A DNA stretch of 64,000 bases, taken from positions 256,001 to 320,000 of the forward strand of contig CAVUVW010000014.1 of the NCBI GenBank assembly GCA_963745035.1, in the 5' to 3' direction. The stretch comes from an uncultured delta proteobacterium. Its GTDB lineage: Bacteria; Desulfobacterota; Binatia; UBA9968. The translations under genes and the position numbers were made by a program. Positions 60,359-64,000 of the stretch are shown one piece after another. Numbering within the stretch: position 1 is the first letter of the stretch; every line of letters starts with the position of its first letter. The notes under the pieces are model-generated. The model had not been told where the DNA came from. It made no database searches and saw only the letters and a program-made list of their open reading frames with translations.

Positions 60359-61399
60359 CTAGATCCGATAGAACTCCTTGGCGTTGTCGTAGAGAATCTT
60401 CTGTTTCGTCGCATCGCTTAGCTCCGGGCGGGCGAGCAGCTCGGGGATGTCTTTCAAAAATTCCCCATAGACGCGCTCGTGCGGATAATCGGAGGGAAAC
60501 ATGAGCCGGTCATCGCCGATTACTTGCGCCACGTAGGCGAGCGAATTTTCCTCCGGCTCGCAAGTGACATACACCTGGCTCTGTTTCACGTACTCGCTCG
60601 GTTTTTTCTTCATGTGCGGGAAGGAGCGGGCGCCGCGGGTTTCGTATTCGTAATCCAGCCGGTCCATCATGTAGGGCAGCCAGCCGCAGCCCGCTTCGAG
60701 AAAGGCGAGCTTGAGGCGCGGGAATTTTTCCAACACGCCGTCGCAGACGATGCTGGTGAACTGAATCATCAGCGGGAACGGATGCTCCAGCGCGTGGACC
60801 TGACCCATGTCTTCGAAGTAGTCGAAGCCGAAGCCGCGGCTCGGCGCGCCGTGGATTCCGAGAGGCACGCCGAGCTCCTCGGCGGCGCGAAAGATCGGCT
60901 GAAAGTCCGGATGGCCGAAGGCCTTGTTCATGACCGTCGCCGATGGGAGAAAGGCGCCGACCATGTCGAGCTTTTCGACCGCGTAGCGAAGCTCTCGGGC
61001 GGCGGCCTCAGGATCCTGGACCGGCAACACGGCGACGCCCTTCAAGCGCGAATCTTTCTTGATGTAGCGGGCGTGAAACCAGTTGTTGTAGGCGCGCGAT
61101 ATCGAACACGCCCAGCCCGGATCCTGCACCAAGCCGATGGCGAGGGCGGCGGTCGGGTAAAGCACGGTGCTTTCGAGTCCCATGGCGTCGACGAACTTGA
61201 TCACGTCCTCGGGACGCGTTTCGGTCACTTTGTCGGGACGCCCCGCGCCGAGACCGCGCGGCCAGCCGTCGAGCGACGGAAAAAGCGCATAGGCCCGCGC
61301 GCGGCGCATGCCGCGATATTGCCCTTCGAAGTATTCTTCGATTTCCTCGTGATTCTCATAGATATGACCGTCGGCATCGATGACTTTGGGACGATTCAT
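60359..61399 (-). CDS. Amidohydrolase_2 family protein
   Basis: IDADGH, AYNNW, FPRLKLAFLEAGCGW, FPSDYPH. Confidence 0.92.
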   Translation of the reverse strand: MNRPKVIDADGHIYENHEEIEEYFEGQYRGMRRARAYALFPSLDGWPRGLGAGRPDKVTETRPEDVIKFVDAMGLESTVLYPTAALAIGLVQDPGWACSISRAYNNWFHARYIKKDSRLKGVAVLPVQDPEAAARELRYAVEKLDMVGAFLPSATVMNKAFGHPDFQPIFRAAEELGVPLGIHGAPSRGFGFDYFEDMGQVHALEHPFPLMIQFTSIVCDGVLEKFPRLKLAFLEAGCGWLPYMMDRLDYEYETRGARSFPHMKKKPSEYVKQSQVYVTCEPEENSLAYVAQVIGDDRLMFPSDYPHERVYGEFLKDIPELLARPELSDATKQKILYDNAKEFYRI

Positions 61400-61553
61400 G
61401 GAGCTCCTCCCGATGAGTTCTCTCATCTCACCGACCGTAGACCGGTCAAATAGCTGGTGTCAAGCAAACAACCGGCGCCGCCGCCGTTACGTTGACAACG
61501 GTCCAGAGCTCATGAATACTCCCGTGCAAGCGACGTTTGGGAGGGACTTGCCG

Positions 61554-62174
61554 ATGTCCGACGCGAAAATCGAATTGCAGCCGGAGTCTACCGGGCTCGT
61601 CATTGTCGACATGCAGGTGGAGGGATGCGAGCGCCACGGTCCCGGGATGAAGCCGGTCATCGGCAACATCCGTCGATTGCTCGATCGTTTCCGCGCGGTG
61701 AACGGAAAAATTATCCACGTCCAGTCCGTTCGCACCAAAGATCATCCCGAGTTCACTGTCTTCGGCCGATCCTACGCGTTACTGCTCGGCAGTCCGGGCG
61801 CGGATTTCATCGAGGAGTTGCGTCCGCTGCGCGGTGAAAACGTCGTGCAGAAAACCTCCCATGACTGCTTTTACAAAACCTCGATGGAAGCGGTGCTGGA
61901 AAAACTCGACCTGCAACCGTGCCGTGACAAGATCGTCGTAACCGGCATCGGCTCGAGCAACTGCGTTTACCACGCCGTCATCGGCTTTCATATCAGGAAC
62001 TATTACAGCATCGTGGCCGAAGACTGCATCCACGGTGTTCATCCGCAGTCGCAGCCGTTCGCGTTGCACCAGTTCCGCTCCAATGCCTACAACTTCAATG
62101 TCACGGTTTCCCACTCCGATGACCTTCAGCTGGTCTCCGAAAGCAATGCGCCCCGGCGCGCCACCGGCCGCTAA
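61554..62174 (+). CDS. Isochorismatase/cysteine hydrolase family protein
   Basis: LVIVDMQ, KTSHDCF, TGIGSSNCV. Confidence 0.88.
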   Translation: MSDAKIELQPESTGLVIVDMQVEGCERHGPGMKPVIGNIRRLLDRFRAVNGKIIHVQSVRTKDHPEFTVFGRSYALLLGSPGADFIEELRPLRGENVVQKTSHDCFYKTSMEAVLEKLDLQPCRDKIVVTGIGSSNCVYHAVIGFHIRNYYSIVAEDCIHGVHPQSQPFALHQFRSNAYNFNVTVSHSDDLQLVSESNAPRRATGR

Positions 62175-62198
62175 GCTTCCACCGCAGAGCGCGGTCCC

Positions 62199-63181
62199 AT
62201 GGAAGCTTCTGCCGGCGTTGGCGGTCATTTGGTTGACATGCTCCGGAGCGCCCGCTATGGCGCAAAGTCTGAAAGTTCCATTCGCAGCGCTGTCGCCCAA
62301 CTACGCGCCACTGTGGATCGCGGATCAGGCGGGCCTCTTCAGGAAACACGGCCTGGACGTGCAGTTGATCTATATTTCCGCAGGCTCGGTAATCTTGCCG
62401 GCGATCTTATCGGGGCAAGTGGACATCGCCAATATGAGCTCGGCGCCTGCCCTTGCGGCATGGGCCCGCGGTGCCGAGCTCAGCGCCGTCGGCGTCACAT
62501 CGAATCAGTTGCTGCACGTCATCATGACGCGGAGCTCGATCAAAAGGCCCGAAGAGCTCAAAAACAAAAAGCTCGGCGGAGACCGCTATGGCTCGTTATC
62601 GGACTTGATTCTCCGTGAGGCGCTGCGCCACTACAACCTGGTGCCCGACCGGGACGTGGCGATCATTCAAACCGGCGGCTTGCCGGAACGGCTGGGTGCG
62701 CTCAAGGTCGGCGCAGTCGACGGCGCCATCGTCACCGGTGATACCGCCATCGAAGCGGAGAGACTGGGATTTCATAAGCTCATCGATCTCAGCCAACTGC
62801 CGATCCGTTATCCCAGCAGCACGATCATCGTGAGCAAATCGTTTCTCGCGGCGAAGCGGGACACGGTAAAACGATTTCTACGCGGCTGGATCGAAGGCAT
62901 CAGAGTCGCCAAAACCGACAAAGATACTACCGTCGCGGTGATGCAAAAGTTTCTAAAGACCGGCGATCGATCGGTGCTCGAGCGAGATCTTCGAAGTCTA
63001 CAAAACCGTCCACGAGAGAGTGCCGGTACCGGACCCGAAATTGATGGGAGTCGCGTTAAAGCAGCTCACCGCCGCCGTACCGCAGACCAATCAGCTCAAG
63101 GTCGAGGACTTTACCGACCGGAGTCTGATCGCAGAGCTCGAAAGCGAAGGCTTCATCGCCAAGGTTTACGCCGGTCGTTAG
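62199..63181 (+). CDS. ABC transporter substrate-binding protein, paralog of 55559-56564 (frameshifts in the signal region and near 62985)
   Basis: Read from sequence: MAQSLKVPFAALSPNYAPLWIADQAGLF...LIAELESEGFIAKVYAGR-TAG. Confidence 0.8.
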
Positions 63182-63216
63182 CCGGCTGCAGAACGCTTTC
63201 GGCAGAACTGACTGCC

Positions 63217-64000
63217 TTGATTCCGCCGCCCATTGACGAGATCGATCGAATCGCCCGGCTCGGCGATCCGATTTTGCGCAATCTGCAGATCACCCAGTGC
63301 TACTACGAGATCTCTCAGGAAGTCGCCGGTCTTACCGGCTTTTCCGCAAACTGGTGCACCTTTGCGACGTGGGCCTCGAAACAGGCGGGACAAACCATCC
63401 GCCAGCAGGACTTGCTGCGCGCCTTCGAGGAGCGCTTTTATCTTTCGTCTGAGATCTCCGCCGCTCTGGAGGACATGACGAGCAGCCTCAAGGACATGGG
63501 AGCAAGGCTGCCGATCGCCGCGTCCAAGGACGCGTTTCTACGGGCGCTCAATCCCGCATCGGCGTTCGCCCGCGCCGGCGACGCGGTTGCCCGCGGTAAT
63601 AAAAAAGTCTTCGAAGAAATCGGCCGCGAGTTCGCCCGCTTTCTTGCTGCGTTTAAAGACGACGCTGGCTTCGATCGAAACAAAACAGCACGGTTCTGCG
63701 CCGCACTACGCCCCGGCGACCCACCGGACGGGCAGCGGTTTCTCGGCGAAGCCTTCACTGCCTACTGTGAGGCGCGCTTTCACACGGGAAAGGAGAAGAT
63801 CGAGCGGATGTTGCTCGCCAATCTTTGCGCCGGCTATCACGAGCAGATTCGCCTTCAGCCGGAGATCACCGAGGCGCTCAATGCGGCCCTCAGCGATTCC
63901 GTCGAACTGAGACGCAAGCTATCGCGTCTGGTGCTGCCGGCTTTTTATCTGCGCGCCCGCGCCCGTGTGCTCGGCGATCGCCAATCTTTGCTGAACAGCG
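63217..64000 (+). CDS. Hypothetical protein, 3'-truncated by the window
   Basis: [21 protein letters not shown]...[19 protein letters not shown]; frame read as open toward the window end. Confidence 0.7.
   Translation, partial: MIPPPIDEIDRIARLGDPILRNLQITQCYYEISQEVAGLTGFSANWCTFATWASKQAGQTIRQQDLLRAFEERFYLSSEISAALEDMTSSLKDMGARLPIAASKDAFLRALNPASAFARAGDAVARGNKKVFEEIGREFARFLAAFKDDAGFDRNKTARFCAALRPGDPPDGQRFLGEAFTAYCEARFHTGKEKIERMLLANLCAGYHEQIRLQPEITEALNAALSDSVELRRKLSRLVLPAFYLRARARVLGDRQSLLNS

Overview
High-GC bacterial window dominated by catabolic and transport genes: a Rieske dioxygenase alpha/beta pair, a coxS/M/L-like molybdo-hydroxylase, a hydantoinase/oxoprolinase B-A-B cluster, amidohydrolases, deacetylases, VOC and cupin enzymes, and about 10 mostly orphan solute-binding proteins. 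It also carries rtcB, glcB, slyD, an AsmA-family gene, a PAS-GGDEF-EAL gene, an intact IS1182-family element and a lower-GC DUF2075 nuclease-helicase insert. The gene content and intergenic repeats resemble Ca. Binatota/deltaproteobacteria-like genomes (inference only). Many genes carry single-base frameshifts that look like long-read assembly indels. The main result is two genes split by an in-frame TGA at a cysteine-type position, each followed by a SECIS-like hairpin: (1) a class III adenylate cyclase with an N-terminal CxxC...CxxU metal-binding module (34961-35734), and (2) a peroxiredoxin-like protein with U at the peroxidatic position (about 50378-49759). Both are candidate selenoproteins that the ORF track misses. 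No tRNA, rRNA or CRISPR array was seen. All family calls come from motif recognition by eye, not database searches.
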